Translations under genes and position numbers: made by a program | Source of the DNA: Eledone cirrhosa | Taxonomy: Eukaryota | DNA: 64,000 bases | Assembly: GCA_964016885.1 (NCBI GenBank) | Contig: OZ024745.1 | Coordinates: forward strand, 101,370,001 to 101,434,000 | Reading direction: 5' to 3' | Part shown: positions 40,251 through 54,055 of the stretch, one piece after another | How the letters are laid out: each line of letters opens with the position of its first letter | Position numbering within the stretch: position 1 is the stretch's first letter | The notes under the pieces: model-generated | Database searches by the model: none | Seen by the model: only the letters and a program-made list of their open reading frames with translations | What the model was told of the DNA's origin: nothing

Positions 40251-41179
40251 ACATAAGATAGATTAAACTTAAGCCAAAATCTTGTTTTGGTGGGATACAA
40301 GCCAGTTTCAACTTATATAATACCCTGATGATGGTTTCTGGAACTCAGAATACAACATCAGGAATTCCAGAACATTGGAATAACGAATATTGGAAAAAAT
40401 TAAAGTTCCTGCATCAGGAGATAAATTCTTCTTAGAAATAAGCGGCCAAGTTGAAAATAGACCATATGGTGAACAAGGTGTTGTATCAGTGAATTAGTAT
40501 ACAAATATATTCCACCCAAAGGGACAAGTTGAATATATGTCATACATACCATGTCATTAATAAACCACATGTTGAAATGCTGAATTACTGTATGAATATT
40601 TCCTTCTTAATGTATTAGGACAATACAATGGGCTTATATTGACGCTGGAAACGACAGCCAAAACCATGGATAATTTATTAATATATCTTATCCTTTCATT
40701 GAGATGTTTACGTATTAGAGACAGCTAACTTTATAGAGGGTTAAATGTATACGTATACATATATATTCCCATCAAAATTGAATGTTAACAACATAGGGTA
40801 GTGAGGACTCTTCAATAATGTCAAGGACAAGACAAATGCTGATGTCATGATAAAATGCTCTTAGTACACACTGTGAAGTAGTTGATGTTAGGAAAGACAC
40901 CCAGATATATAAACCATGGCAAAAACAGGGTAGGACCCTCTCTACAGTTGCTGCTAATATAAAAAGCACCCAGTCAACTCTGCAAAATTGTTGGTAATAA
41001 GAAGAGCATGAAGGCATAGAAATCATGCCAAAATGGAACATAATTGGGCAAAGTGTCATCCCCTGACTCATTTTGGAGGACAATAACTCTAAATAAGTAC
41101 TAACTTGGTTTATAACAAGCTTTCCAAGCTATGCCAGCATGTGCAAACAGATGTAAAATGATGAAATATATATATATAA

Positions 41180-41585
41180 GGTGGCCTGGCTGGTGACACA
41201 ACAAAAGCCTTTATTCCACCACGCAAGGTGCTTATGTTGGTGACATGACAAAAAATCAACTAACCCTTTTTGCAATGTGGTTGTGTCGATGGCACGACAG
41301 AAGGTACCCGGTCTACTCTGTGGAGTGGTAAGGTTGGTAGTATGATATGAAATTAAATGCCCAGCCCACTCTATATAGTGGGAGTGATTGTGACACAACA
41401 AAAGCACCCATCCCACCCTGTAAAGTGGTTGTTTTCGTGATGTGACAAAAAGCACCCAGTCAACACTGTAAAATGGTCATTGCAGTGCCACGACAAAAAA
41501 TCACCCAGACAATACTATAAAGTGGTTGTGTTGGTGTCATGATAAAAAGCACCCAGTCCAGACTGTAAAGTGGTCATTTTGGTGC
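41180..41585 (+). repeat. Diverged ~49-bp tandem array (~8 units) related to the RTE 3' UTR subrepeat
   Basis: Recurrent GTG.CACGACAAAAAGCACCCAG.CCACACTGTAAAGTGGT. Confidence 0.8.
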
Positions 41586-42275
41586 AAAACAGAACGTATG
41601 ACCTACACTGGCCCTTCTCACCAGCGCCAGAAAATACTTCAACCCCTAACAAGCTAATAACCCTCTGTAAATCTCAGATGAGATGCACTAAAGTACTGAC
41701 CCACAAGTATACTGAAAGGGACACTGGTCATGTGCATGTCCTCAAAGCCACCCTGTCATGTCAGATTGATCAAATTTGAGAAACACAGGCAAGCCACTTG
41801 GCATGATGGTAGAGGATCTGCCACAAAGGTACAGCTCACTTCACAAAAGATCACACAGACCAACTGGTCACTCACCGAGAATCAAGATTCCTTGTTGACA
41901 ATGACTTCATCTAAGCCACGAAGGTTAAAATGAAGCAAGTAATGACACGCACACATTTTTCTTCCTTGATTTCTATTCTGTACTGCACCTGAAGCCCTCC
42001 TGCATTTGGTGGTACCAGAAGCATATACATTTTTGAATAAGTCTTTTGTTCAAAACCACCTCCATTTATGGAGAAAGGGATGCTGTGAGTGGTCTCTCAT
42101 TGCCCTCCCCACAGTGCAACATAGCCAATTTTGAGAAAGGCATGAATCAACCTCTGTTTTTGACTGGTACTTTCTTTATCGACCTGAGAAGGATGCAAGT
42201 TAAAGTTGACAGGCAGGATTTGAACTGGAGTGCCAAGAGCTATAGTAAACTCTCCAAGAGATGATCTCTCCATGA

Positions 42276-42315
<40 letters not shown>

Positions 42316-42398
42316 TATTAGGGAGAGGATCAGGGGTGTATAACACTCCACTGCCTGTTGGATTTGTTATTGCTTGTGTGATATGTAATCAACCTTTA

Positions 42399-42444
42399 TG
42401 GTCTGATGAGTCCCACTTATAGTGCGGATGAAACAATGTTAGCA
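42399..42444 (+). ncRNA. Minimal hammerhead motif
   Basis: TGGT-CTGATGA-GTCC-CAC(TTATA)GTG-C-GGAT-GAAAC-AAT-GTT-AGCA, with one stem I mismatch. Confidence 0.65.
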
Positions 42445-42484
42445 AGTAAAGATATGCATATGCCATAGGCGTTCTTTGTTATTG

Positions 42485-42535
<51 letters not shown>

Positions 42536-43162
42536 CACATACATATATACATATATATATATACATACACACACATACATATATATGTATACATACATAT
42601 AAAAGCATACACATACATATATACACACACACATACACACACAATCTATTGCTGCCATCTTTCTTTATGAATGTACTTTTTTTTCTTGTCTTTCATTCAC
42701 ATCTTCCATCTCTTGTTAAAAAAAAAAAAGGCAAAAAGAAAAAAAAAAAAAAAAAGGCTGAAGTCTAATTTCTCCATTCCGATCATTCAGTGAAGATGGC
42801 ATCCATCAGCGATGTGTCAGCAGATGAGGCAACATATATATGCAGATATCAGATTTTCTAATGGAAGAAGAGAACTGTAAATTTATTCAAATTATGTGTC
42901 AACAAAGGATGGCTGGAAAGGAAGGAAAAAGGGAGAAGTAGCATAGCACCATGTTTAAAACTCTGAAAAGACAAACTTCAAAAAACAAAAGAAAAAAAAA
43001 AAAAAATCTGACAGAAACTAGAAACATTAACAAATAGTGAGAGAGGTGGCTATTTAAAAGGAGAATTAGACTTTCAGAATCTCACTTGGTGAATAAAAGT
43101 ACTTTCAGGGAAGAAAAAAAATTATTAATAAAAAATAAAATAATTTGAACAATTGAAGAAGC

Positions 43163-43204
<42 letters not shown>

Positions 43205-43664
43205 AAGGGACATGGAAATATATATACATATATAAGACATACAGAAAAAAAATGAAAGAAACAGTAGACAAATTAAAAAAAGCCAACTCAAAAACAAATG
43301 TGATTAATATGAAGGAGAAAGTATGGAGACTGAAGAGCAATGTCAACACGGACACACACACACACACAGACATACACACACACACACACACAGACACACA
43401 CACACATACACATACACATATATTGAATTGAATTAGTAGTATTTGCTGTATTTTTTACAAGAGAAAATAGTCTAATAACAGGGGGTGTATAAACCCCCAT
43501 AACAGAAAGAAATGAGCATGTGTGATACCCATTTTTCTCGCGGTTTTGGGGGTTTATACACCCCTTGTTATTAGACTATTTTCTCTTGTAAAAAATATGG
43601 TAAATGCTACTAATTCAGTTCAATATTCAAATACCACAGTCGTCTTCTAAACATGTGACCGCTT

Positions 43665-43695
<31 letters not shown>

Positions 43696-43837
43696 AACAA
43701 ACTATGAAAGGGGCTGGGTAAATGTTGAAATTCTATTTTAGAAAATGTAAGAATCCCAAATGCAAAAAATAACTGTTAGCACAGTTGATTGCTATAAATA
43801 ATAGCATATGCATACACACACACACATATATATATAT

Positions 43838-45105
43838 ATTCCAAACATGGAAGCATGGCCTAGAATCAAAAGGCCTTAAAATTAACCTGTCTAAGACTAA
43901 AGTTCTAGTTTGTAGGAAGGTAAATAGGGTGCCGGTCCCATCCGGGAAATGGCCATGCTCAGTGTGTAGGAAAGGAGTAGGTAGAAACTCCATTTTATGT
44001 CCCAAATGCAAAGTATGGTTGCATAAAAGGTGTAGTGGGATCATAGATTTTATATGTGGCCGGTGCTCTGGTACAATAAGTAGCAGCAAGTGCCCACAGA
44101 ATACTAGCTCATTCCATTGTGAGATGGTTCTACAGAAATAGTGGACAGCTTCCGTTACCTGGGTGACAAAATCAGCAGTGGGGGAGGGTGCTCTGAAATT
44201 ACAGTAGCTAGAGTCAGAACTGGATGGAAAAAGTTCAGAGAGCTTATACCACTATTAGCCGCTAAAGGGTTCTCCCTAAAAATGAAAGGCAGGCTGTATG
44301 ATGCCTGCATACGAACAGCAATGTTACATGGCAGTGAGACCTGGGCATTGTGTGCAGAGGATATACGCAGACTGGAGAGGAACGAAGCTTGCATGCTCCG
44401 CTGGATGTGTAATAGTAATATACGTGAACAGCAAAGCATAAACGAACTAAGGGAAAAATTAGAAATAAGAGGGATCAGATGTTGTTTACTCGAGAGAAGA
44501 CTACGTTGGTATGGTCACGTGATGCGCATGAAAGACGACAGCTGTATAAAAAAGTGCAGGCCAATAAAAATAGACGGTAGCCACGGAGTAGGCAGACCCA
44601 GAAAAACCTGGGACGACTTGATAAATTCCGACCTCACACACTTACACCTCTCCAAGACAATGTCACTGGACCGAGATCTTTGGCGCTACACAGTAATACA
44701 GAAGACCCGCCTTACCTAAGTACAAAGTGAAACCTACTACAGTCAGTAGGCACCTCTAACAAAATACACCCCCGTCCCACTACCCAACCCCATCCACACC
44801 ACCCCTTTCAATGTAAAGTTATGTTGGTACCACAACATCCAGCCTGAAACAAATGAGGTCGTGTAGGTGTCACGACAAAAAAACACAGTCCACGCTGTAA
44901 TGTGGCTGTGTAGGTAACACGGTAAAAACCTCCCAGTTCCACACTGTAAATGAGGTTGGTGTTAGGAAGGGCATCCAGCCGTAGAAAACCCGCCAGACAG
45001 TCCTATGCGGACAAGACAACCACTCTTGCCTCAAGTGGGAAAACTCCCGCCCAAACCCATGCAAGCGTGGAATATGGACGTTAAACGATGATGATGATGA
45101 TGATG
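43838..45105 (+). mobile_element. RTE LINE, 5'-truncated (post-RT region with Cys-rich insert, 3' UTR, (GAT)n tail)
   Basis: ORFs 43785-44141 and 44141-44719: [55 protein letters not shown]. Confidence 0.93.
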
Positions 45106-45139
45106 ATATATATATATGTGTGTGTGTGTATATATATAT

Positions 45140-45476
45140 GGAGGCACATGGCTTAGTGGTTAGAGCATTGGCCTTGCAATCGCAAGGTTGTGAGTTCAAT
45201 TCTCAGACCGGGTGATGTGTTGTTTCCTTGAGCAAGACACTTTATTTCACATTGCTCCAGTTTACTCAGCTGTAGAAATGAGATGATAGGACTGGGGTCC
45301 CTATCATTCCACTGCAAAGTGGTCGTGGAGGTGCCACGGCAAAAAAGCACCCAGCACTCACTGTAAATGAGGTTGGTGTTAGGAAGGGCATCCAGCTGTA
45401 GAACCAAGCCAGAATCAGTTCCCGTCCCATTCTTGCAAGCAGGGAAAAGGGGACGTAAAATGAAATGATGAAATGA

Positions 45477-45480
<4 letters not shown>
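45140..45480 (+). mobile_element. CORE-like tRNA SINE, family B, with RTE-derived tail
   Basis: A box TGGCTTAGTGG, B box GAGTTCAATTC, CORE-like TGTTTCCTTGAGCAAGACACTT. The tail matches the RTE 3' UTR. Confidence 0.88.
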
Positions 45481-45513
<33 letters not shown>

Positions 45514-45799
45514 TGGTAAACACAGATCTGTGCTGAGGGAGCTGTTGTACTCTGTCTCTCTGAATGCAGGAGCCGATGTCTCATCAGTGAAGTAACTCTA
45601 TAGGTGTTTCAGTCCCTTCCACCTTGACACCAGAGCTACTCAGGGCCACCCACCGATGTAGGCGATGGAACTCCTTCCCAACAGCACAATCTTTGGTAAG
45701 CCTGATGTTGTGACTCATCCACATTAATACATCAGAACAGCTTGAAATATGATGTGTCTGGTGTTATGACTCCAAGCAAGATGTCTCCATTTACCTCAA

Positions 45800-46790
45800 T
45801 GTGTCAAGCACACCATTCCTCTTTACTTATGAGCCCGATGTAGCCACTCTCTTTCTCAGCTGACTCCGATAAAGCCCTAGAAAGGTGTTTCTTTTCCTTT
45901 GCCACCAGTTGAAGACCCCTAAGGAGCCAGTCAACCCTGGTTCCGACAGATCCTCTGACTCTTACCTCTACAGGGAAACAAGATACCTCTCGTCTGCAGG
46001 TTTCAAGAGTTCAACCAGTTCACTGTAATTCCTGTTGAATGCACCATCGATGTTTACCTCTCAAGAGATTGTAAGCTCTACCATCTTCACTATGTTCCCT
46101 TCCTTGCACCACTAGATGAGGTCAGGTTTCTTAGTGGTAATAAAGTATTGGAAAATGGTATTTGTTGTCCAGGTCAACTGAGACCCCTCAAATCCCTCCC
46201 ATTTTTGGTCAGTTTTCATTCTTACAGTGGCTGGTTTGCAGTGTTCTTTTTTACAAAACTTCATTTTGTTCTTCTTCACTATTGTGGTCTCTCACTGTTG
46301 TTCATCTTCTTCACCCTCTGTGCATCATCCAGTACTATTCACCCTCTCTTCCACTGCATCAGCCAGTACTTTAAGCACCTGGTTATACCATCATGTATGT
46401 CTGTTCTTCAGGCCCAGTGCACAACTGGACTGTATGTGTCTCATCATTCAAACCTTCCCATCTTTGTACAAACCACTCTCTTCAACTTTCCAATGTTTTA
46501 AGTTTGTGGGACTAGGAAGCATGTCATAGACAGAGCAAACCAGCAAACTGGTTCTGGCTGGCTCCCATGACCACAATTCCTTCCATCCCATCTTCTGCTC
46601 AACCACAAACTCCTCCCAAGATACACAATGTCCCAATTGGGTGCATTGCACCAAGGCCACATGGCGACTTCTCACTTCCTCTCTCTTTACCAGGTCGACT
46701 ACTACAACTCTTCTCTCCTTCTGATTCATGGCATAGGTTCACACTTTATCACATTTGTACTACTCTACTATTGATGGTGTAGGTAATTCT
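45800..46790 (-). mobile_element. Decayed HERO/NeSL-like LINE C-terminus (restriction-like endonuclease)
   Basis: WKELWSWEPARTSLLVCSVYDMLPSPTNL; WYNQVLK; KPDLI..VELT; FPVEV.VRG motifs across frames. Confidence 0.78.
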
Positions 46791-46868
46791 ATTGAAACAC
46801 CATTTGTGGACAAAGCCGCACATACAAAGGTTTGTGACAAACCTATGCATTTCTGCTCAATATATATA

Positions 46869-46934
<66 letters not shown>

Positions 46935-47472
46935 TGTCTATAAATATTTATTCATCCATATTTATGCAAGCAGGGAAAAGCGGACGTAAAATGATGATGA
47001 TGATGATGAAGATGTAAGATTTTGTAACAGAATCAAATGAGTTCTAACTACCATCATGAAATTTGTGTCTAAGATAAGAGTAAATGGCATATATTCATCT
47101 ACTTTAGCCTTGAGACACTCTGCAATAGTTTCTTTTTAAAGTAATTCATCATCATCATTGTTTAACGCCCATTTTTCCACGCTAGCATGGGTTAGACAAG
47201 TTGCCCTGTTGTGAGACAAGCCAGGTTCAATGATCATATCTTGCTCATACATGACCAATTTCAGCTAGGTTTCTATGGCTGGATTCCCTTCCTAACACCA
47301 ACCACATTTACAGTATATGCTGGGTGCTTTTTGTCCTGACACATTATTATTATAGCTTATACTGAGAGAGGAAGCTGATCACTGACTAGCGGTCTCACTC
47401 TGTCAGAGAAATCAGGTGCCTATAAGGAATAATAAATAAACAAACAGACCAATAATATAAGACAATGATTCT

Positions 47473-48030
47473 TTATGTGAGTAAGCATGGACATATTTTT
47501 TTAAGTAGAACTAAACATGAGAGATCAGAATGCAACTCTTTCTGGCTAATTTGATAACCTAGAATGTAGATAGATTTAGTTGTAAATTTACATTTATCAA
47601 TATTCAGTATCACATTATTTTCACAAGCAAGTTTTAAAAATTTAGATAAAACTTTGTCTCTCTCTGTGGCATTTCCAGACATGCTGACATCATCTAAATA
47701 GGCATACGTGCTCTCTAACTCATTTTTATGAAGGAGATTGGCTATCATTTGTTGGAAACACACATCTCCATTTGTAAGACTGAAACCAAGATATAAAATA
47801 AAATAACTGATTATCTGCTTTGTAAGTGGTAAATACTTTAACCATCAGAATGCAATGCAACACAGTGGTATGTGCTACATAAATCTACAGTATTAAATAT
47901 ATATCTTGTAAGAAGATATATTTATTGTTAATTAGATCCTCTAAGTAGGCTAGAGGATAAACATCTAAGTGGGTAAATTTATTAGTAGTTTCAGAATAGT
48001 CACCAACTAACCACTTTTTACTGTTACCAT
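47473..48030 (-). mobile_element. Ty3/gypsy LTR-retrotransposon RT remnant
   Basis: LVGDYSETTNKFTHLDVYPL; YAYLDDV..LNIDKCKF..ILGYQIS. Confidence 0.8.
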
Positions 48031-49181
48031 TAATGGCATGTATATGAGGTTGCAAAGATGAGTTATTTGGATCAAATCAGACCAAGGAAACAGTTTTCAT
48101 TGGTCTTTTCATTGCTGATACTATCTACCATTCGCAGCTTCTGGCAGACGGAACAACATGAAATAAAGTGTCTTGCTCAAGAACCCAATGCAATACCCGG
48201 TCTGAGAATTGAACGTGCAACATCACGATTGCAAATGAAACTCTAACCACTAAGCCACGTGCCTTACTTAACATAGGAGGAAGTTATATAGAAAGATGAA
48301 GCACATATTCTGCAAACATCTCCCCAACGTGGCTAACCCTGAAAAGTGTATGTTAAATCAATTATGACACTGGATTAGAAGTAAAGATGTAACTCAATGT
48401 TTTTGCACAGTTTGAGCTCATCAATACTTTGGATTAGTTAATTACTAAGTAAAAAAAAAACTAAAAAATCAAAAAGAACAACAACCATGTAACAAATAAG
48501 ATAGATTCCTTATGTCAGAAAGAAGCATTAATGTGAAATGTGAACGATGTAATATTGGTTGCTTTCATTGATGGTTGTGAGAAAGTCTACAGATTGCAAT
48601 TATTAACTTGTCTGGCCTGCCACTAATTATGCTTGAGTGCATTTAATGATACAGTTCACTTGAAATATCAATACCAATGCAAATGAAACTGGTATCAGAC
48701 TCATGTTAATTTAGCTAATGTTCATCCTGTTTGCAGTAAATCAAGTGAAATTGGATACACATCTCTACTCCAGCTGACATATGATTGGAACACAGTTAAT
48801 ACTTTCAAACTTCCTTACCCAACACTTCCTTAGTTTTCGTTATCGGAATATAATTAACGCATTTATTACCATATCTCTAAATGGGAGAGACTGCTTATGA
48901 TTTTTAATTCATTTTAGAAATAATCAACAATTTCATAGAATTTAGTAATATAAGTAACTTTTTCATTATTAAGCTATGTAGTTACCTGTTTAGACTAGTA
49001 AATTTACTATGCAAGGTGATGTAAAACTCTTATTTAACCCTTTTAGGGTATGAAATTAAAAACATTGCTTACAATATCTGCCTCCGATGAGCCTCATTGA
49101 GCGAAACGCGCGCGGGAAGAGTTTTATAAAGATATGTTTTAACAGCTTGTAACTCTTTCATCAATTATTTTGCTATATATT

Positions 49182-50250
49182 CTAAGGCGGGTAAAATTCC
49201 CGAGATCCATGGACGAGTTCTCTCCAGCGGTCTCTGTCCCTCATTATCGCTGTCATGTCCTGCGTCTCCAACAGACCAGTGTCTGCCCTTAGGGCATCAA
49301 CATACGTTAACCTTGGTCTTCCTCTTCCAGTGTGTCCATGTAGGGGCTCCCACAGGAGCACTGAGTGCAATGTCAACTCTGGATGTCGATGAGCATGTCC
49401 AGCTAACCTCAGTCTCCTCTGTGTCACTTTTGAGCTGACTTTTGGGAGGCTCCCATACAGCTCTGAGTTTTTCATCCTCAGTGTATACTGATTAATGTTC
49501 AGAGCCATCCTCAGCATTCTCGTGTAGCACCCATCTACCATCTGAATGAGTTTCTTGGTCAGTGTCCAAGTCTCAGACCCGTACAGCAGCACAGACTCCA
49601 CTACAGTAATGAAGAGGCGGATTTTCAGGTCTTTACGAAGGTCCGACTTCCACACCGATCTCAAGCTGTGGGACGCCGCCCAGGCTTTGCTCTTCCTCTC
49701 AACCACATCATCTTCCGTATTCCCAATCTTTGCTCCGAAGTACAGGAAGTCCTCAACCAATTCTAGCGGCTTCCCGCCTACGTTAGTGATTCCCTCTGGC
49801 TTCTCAACATTCTCTACCAGATATTTTGTTTTAGTCTCGTTCATTCTCAGCTCCACACCCAACCACACACAGTCTCAATCTCCTGTATCAAATCCTCTGC
49901 CTCCTTCACTGTATTTATCACCAAAACTATGTCATCGGCAAATTCAGCATCTGATATCTTTTTCGCCTTAACTCTCCTGCTCTGAGCCGGTGCTACAGTA
50001 AAGCCAGAGTCCTGGTGTTTCCCCAGTGCAAGGCGCAATCAATAGTCAAATACTTTGATAAAAAGGTAAGGAGCCAATATATCTCCCTGGAGCACTCCAG
50101 CCAGTATCTCAAAGAACTCTCTCATCCCATCAGGTGTAATGACTTGGGCTTTGGTGTTGGTGTAGAGCAGTGACATCAGGTCACTATCTTCTTGGGGATT
50201 CCATAAGCCTGCAAGAGCTTCATCAGGCAGTGACGGTCCACAGAATCTGA
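49182..50250 (-). mobile_element. RTE-superclade LINE RT fragment, frameshifted
   Basis: GVLQGDILAPYLF; EFADDIVL; NETKTKY; LLYGSETW; RRLRLAGH; GRPRLTY. Confidence 0.92.
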
Positions 50251-50495
50251 GATCTCTCTGCACTTGTCGTCACATGGTACCATGGGCCCAGCACTATGTG
50301 TCAATAATTGTCACAAGTGTAGTGTTTGTACCAGAGTTTTCAAGTCATTGGCTGGACTAAAAAGTCACACTCGTTCAGCGCATCGGTAGGGGTTCTCCTA
50401 CATGGATATAAAGTGGTGGCCGTACTCGAAAACGAGTTGGTAGCCACCATGTATATATATATATGTATATGTATGTATGTATGTGTATATGTATG

Positions 50496-50534
<39 letters not shown>

Positions 50535-50832
50535 GTATGTATGTGTGTGTGTATGTATATATGTGTATGTATGTATGTATGTATATTGTCAGGTCACCAG
50601 TTGGTGCTACTGGTAACATGTATCGTTGCGACTAAACTGGCAATCCCACCAAGGTTTCTTGGTGAGGAGGGTGACTTTGGACATCCTGCAGGACTAAAAA
50701 CAAAACCTGTCAAAGGGCAAAGGAGCTCTTAAGAGTCAATGGCCATCCAAAATCACCGGGAGAGATGACCACTTAGCCTTTGTCAAGGCAGAATTCTAGA
50801 AGGAAAACTCTGATATAACACCTGCAACCCTG
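50250..50832 (+). mobile_element. Non-coding repeat pieces resembling an RTE 5' UTR; inverted homologue at 54056-54420
   Basis: 50250-50449 is the reverse complement of 54056-54256. 50798-50833 is the reverse complement of 54384-54419. Confidence 0.65.
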
Positions 50833-50889
50833 ATATACATATATATATACATACATACATATATACACGTACATACATATATATCATAA

Positions 50890-51230
50890 CCATCATCATC
50901 ATCACCATTTTACGTCCACTTTTCCCTGCTTACAAGGGTCGGACGGGAACTGATTCTGGCTCGATTTCTACAGCTGGATGCCCATCCTAACACCAACCTC
51001 ATTTACAGTGAGTGATGGGTGTTTTTTTGCCGTGGCACCTCCACAACTACTTTGCAGTGGAATGATATGGACCCCAGTCCCTATCATCTCATTTTTACAG
51101 CTGAGTAAACTGGACCAATGTGAAATAAAGTGTCATGCTCAAGGAAACAACACATCACCCGGTCTGAGAATTGAACTCACAACTTTTCGAATGCAAGGTC
51201 AATGCTCTAACCACTAAGCCATGTGCCTCC
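50890..51230 (-). mobile_element. SINE family B
   Basis: Reverse complement of 45140-45480. Confidence 0.88.
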
Positions 51231-51308
51231 ATAGATATATACATACATATATATACATACATACATACATACATATATATACATATATATATACATATAC
51301 ATATATAT

Positions 51309-51360
<52 letters not shown>

Positions 51361-51369
51361 ACATACATA

Positions 51370-51405
<36 letters not shown>

Positions 51406-51447
51406 CATATATATATACATACATATATATATACATACATATATATA

Positions 51448-51483
<36 letters not shown>

Positions 51484-51531
51484 CATACATATATATACAT
51501 ATATGCATGCATATATACATGCATATATATA

Positions 51532-52145
51532 TTGTTGTTTACTCGAGAGAAGACTACGTTGGTATGGTCACGTGATGCGCATGAAAGACGACAGCTGTAT
51601 AAAAAAGTGCAGGGTGATAAAAATAGACGGTAGCCATGGAGTAGGCAGACCCAGAAAAACCTGGGACGACTTGATAAATTCCGACCTCACACACTTACAC
51701 CTCTCCAAGGCAATGTCACTGGACCGAGATCTTTGGCGCTACACAGTAATACAGAAGACCCGCCTTACCTAAGTACAAAGTGAAACCTACTACAGTCAGT
51801 AGGCACCTCTAATAAAATACACCCCCGTCCCCCACCCCCACCCCTTTCGATGTAAAGTTATGTTGGTACCACAACATCCAGTCCTAAATAAATGAGGTTG
51901 TGTAGGTGTCACGAAAAACAAAACACACAGTCCACGCTGTAATGTGGCCGTGTAGGTAACACGGTAAAAACCACAGCCCACACTGTAAACGTGGTTGGTG
52001 TTAGGAAGGGCATCCAGCCGTAGAAAACCCGCCAGACAGTCCTACACGAGCAAGACAACCAATCTTGCCTCAAGTGGGAAAACTCCCGTGCAAACCCATG
52101 CAAGCGTGGAAGATGGACGTTAAACGATGATGATGATGATGATGA
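51532..52145 (+). mobile_element. RTE LINE 3' fragment
   Basis: Highly similar to 44480-45105. Confidence 0.92.
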
Positions 52146-52253
52146 TATATACACATATATACATACATATATCTATATATACATATACACATATATACAT
52201 ACATATATATATATACATATACATACATACATATATACATATATATACATACA

Positions 52254-52293
<40 letters not shown>

Positions 52294-52349
52294 CATACAT
52301 ATATACATGCATATATACATATATACATATATATACATACATATATACA

Positions 52350-52407
<58 letters not shown>

Positions 52408-52458
52408 CATACATACATATATATATACATATATACATACATATATATACATACATAC

Positions 52459-52501
<43 letters not shown>

Positions 52502-52590
52502 CATACATACAAATATATACATATATATGTATACACATATATAGATATATATACATATATATATATATATACATACATATACATACATAC

Positions 52591-52623
<33 letters not shown>

Positions 52624-52624
52624 C

Positions 52625-52662
<38 letters not shown>

Positions 52663-52678
52663 ATACATATATATATAT
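52146..52678. repeat. (TA)/(TACA) compound microsatellite
   Basis: Low-complexity run. Confidence 0.98.
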
Positions 52679-52992
52679 GGAGGCACATGGCTTAGTGGTT
52701 AGAGCATTGGCCTTGCAATAGAAAAGTTGTGAGTTCAATTCTCAGATCGGGCGATGTGTTGTTTCCTTGAGCAAGGCACTTTATTTCACATTGCTCCAGT
52801 TTACTCAGCTGTAGAAATGAGATGATAGGGACTGGGGTCCATATCATTCCACTGCAAAGTGGTCGTGGAGGTACCACGGCAAAAAAGCACCCAGCACTCA
52901 CTGTAAATAAGGTTGGTGTTAGGAAGCTGTAGAAATCAAGCCAAAATCAGTTCTGCAAGCAGGGAAAAAGCGGACGTAAAATGAAATGATGA
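52679..52992 (+). mobile_element. SINE family B
   Basis: Matches 45140-45480. Confidence 0.88.
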
Positions 52993-53015
52993 TATATATA
53001 TATGCATATATATAC

Positions 53016-53050
<35 letters not shown>

Positions 53051-53129
53051 CATATATATATACATATATATATACATATATATATATACATATATATATA
53101 TATACATATATATATACATATATATATAC

Positions 53130-53180
<51 letters not shown>

Positions 53181-53237
53181 CATATATATATACATATATA
53201 TATACATATATATATACATATATATATACATATATAC

Positions 53238-53295
<58 letters not shown>

Positions 53296-53329
53296 ATATG
53301 TATATATATACATACATATATATTACATA

Positions 53330-53367
<38 letters not shown>

Positions 53368-53401
53368 CATATATATATATACACATATATATATATACAT
53401 A

Positions 53402-53439
<38 letters not shown>

Positions 53440-53505
53440 CATATATATATATACATATATATATACATACATATATACATACATACATATATATATACAT
53501 ACATA

Positions 53506-53545
<40 letters not shown>

Positions 53546-53587
53546 CATACATATATATATATACATACATATATATATACATACATA

Positions 53588-53627
<40 letters not shown>

Positions 53628-53694
53628 CATACATATATAAAAATGTATACATATATATACATACATATACATACATACATATATATATATATAC

Positions 53695-53765
<71 letters not shown>

Positions 53766-53794
53766 CATACATATACATACATACATATATATAC

Positions 53795-53879
<85 letters not shown>

Positions 53880-53966
53880 CATATATATATATACATACAT
53901 ACATACATATATATACATACATACATATATATATACATACATACATACATACATACATACACATAC

Positions 53967-54043
<77 letters not shown>

Positions 54044-54055
54044 CATATATATATA
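52993..54055. repeat. ~1-kb (TA)/(TACA) compound microsatellite
   Basis: Low-complexity run. Confidence 0.99.

Noticed and set aside
40324-40365. CTGATGA followed by a hairpin, as a possible hammerhead
   Set aside because: No GAAA or NUH site at the required position.
41180-41585. CRISPR-like periodic array
   Set aside because: Whole units are homologous with no unique spacers, the unit derives from the RTE 3' UTR, there are no cas genes and the context is eukaryotic.
42796-42861. Short ATG-initiated frame (MASISDVSADE...) after an AG
   Set aside because: It stops after about 21 codons with no donor site and no recognisable homology.
45140-45215. tRNA gene (also the heads at 6103, 25230, 52679 and others)
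   Set aside because: The A and B boxes run into SINE body sequence and there is no complete cloverleaf.
49080-49118. CCGATGA-GCCTCATTGAGC-GAAAC-GCGC motif
   Set aside because: It lacks the UH cleavage site, so it is counted only as a degenerate relic. The partial motifs at 2589-2600, 8180-8230 and 12038-12070 are treated the same way.
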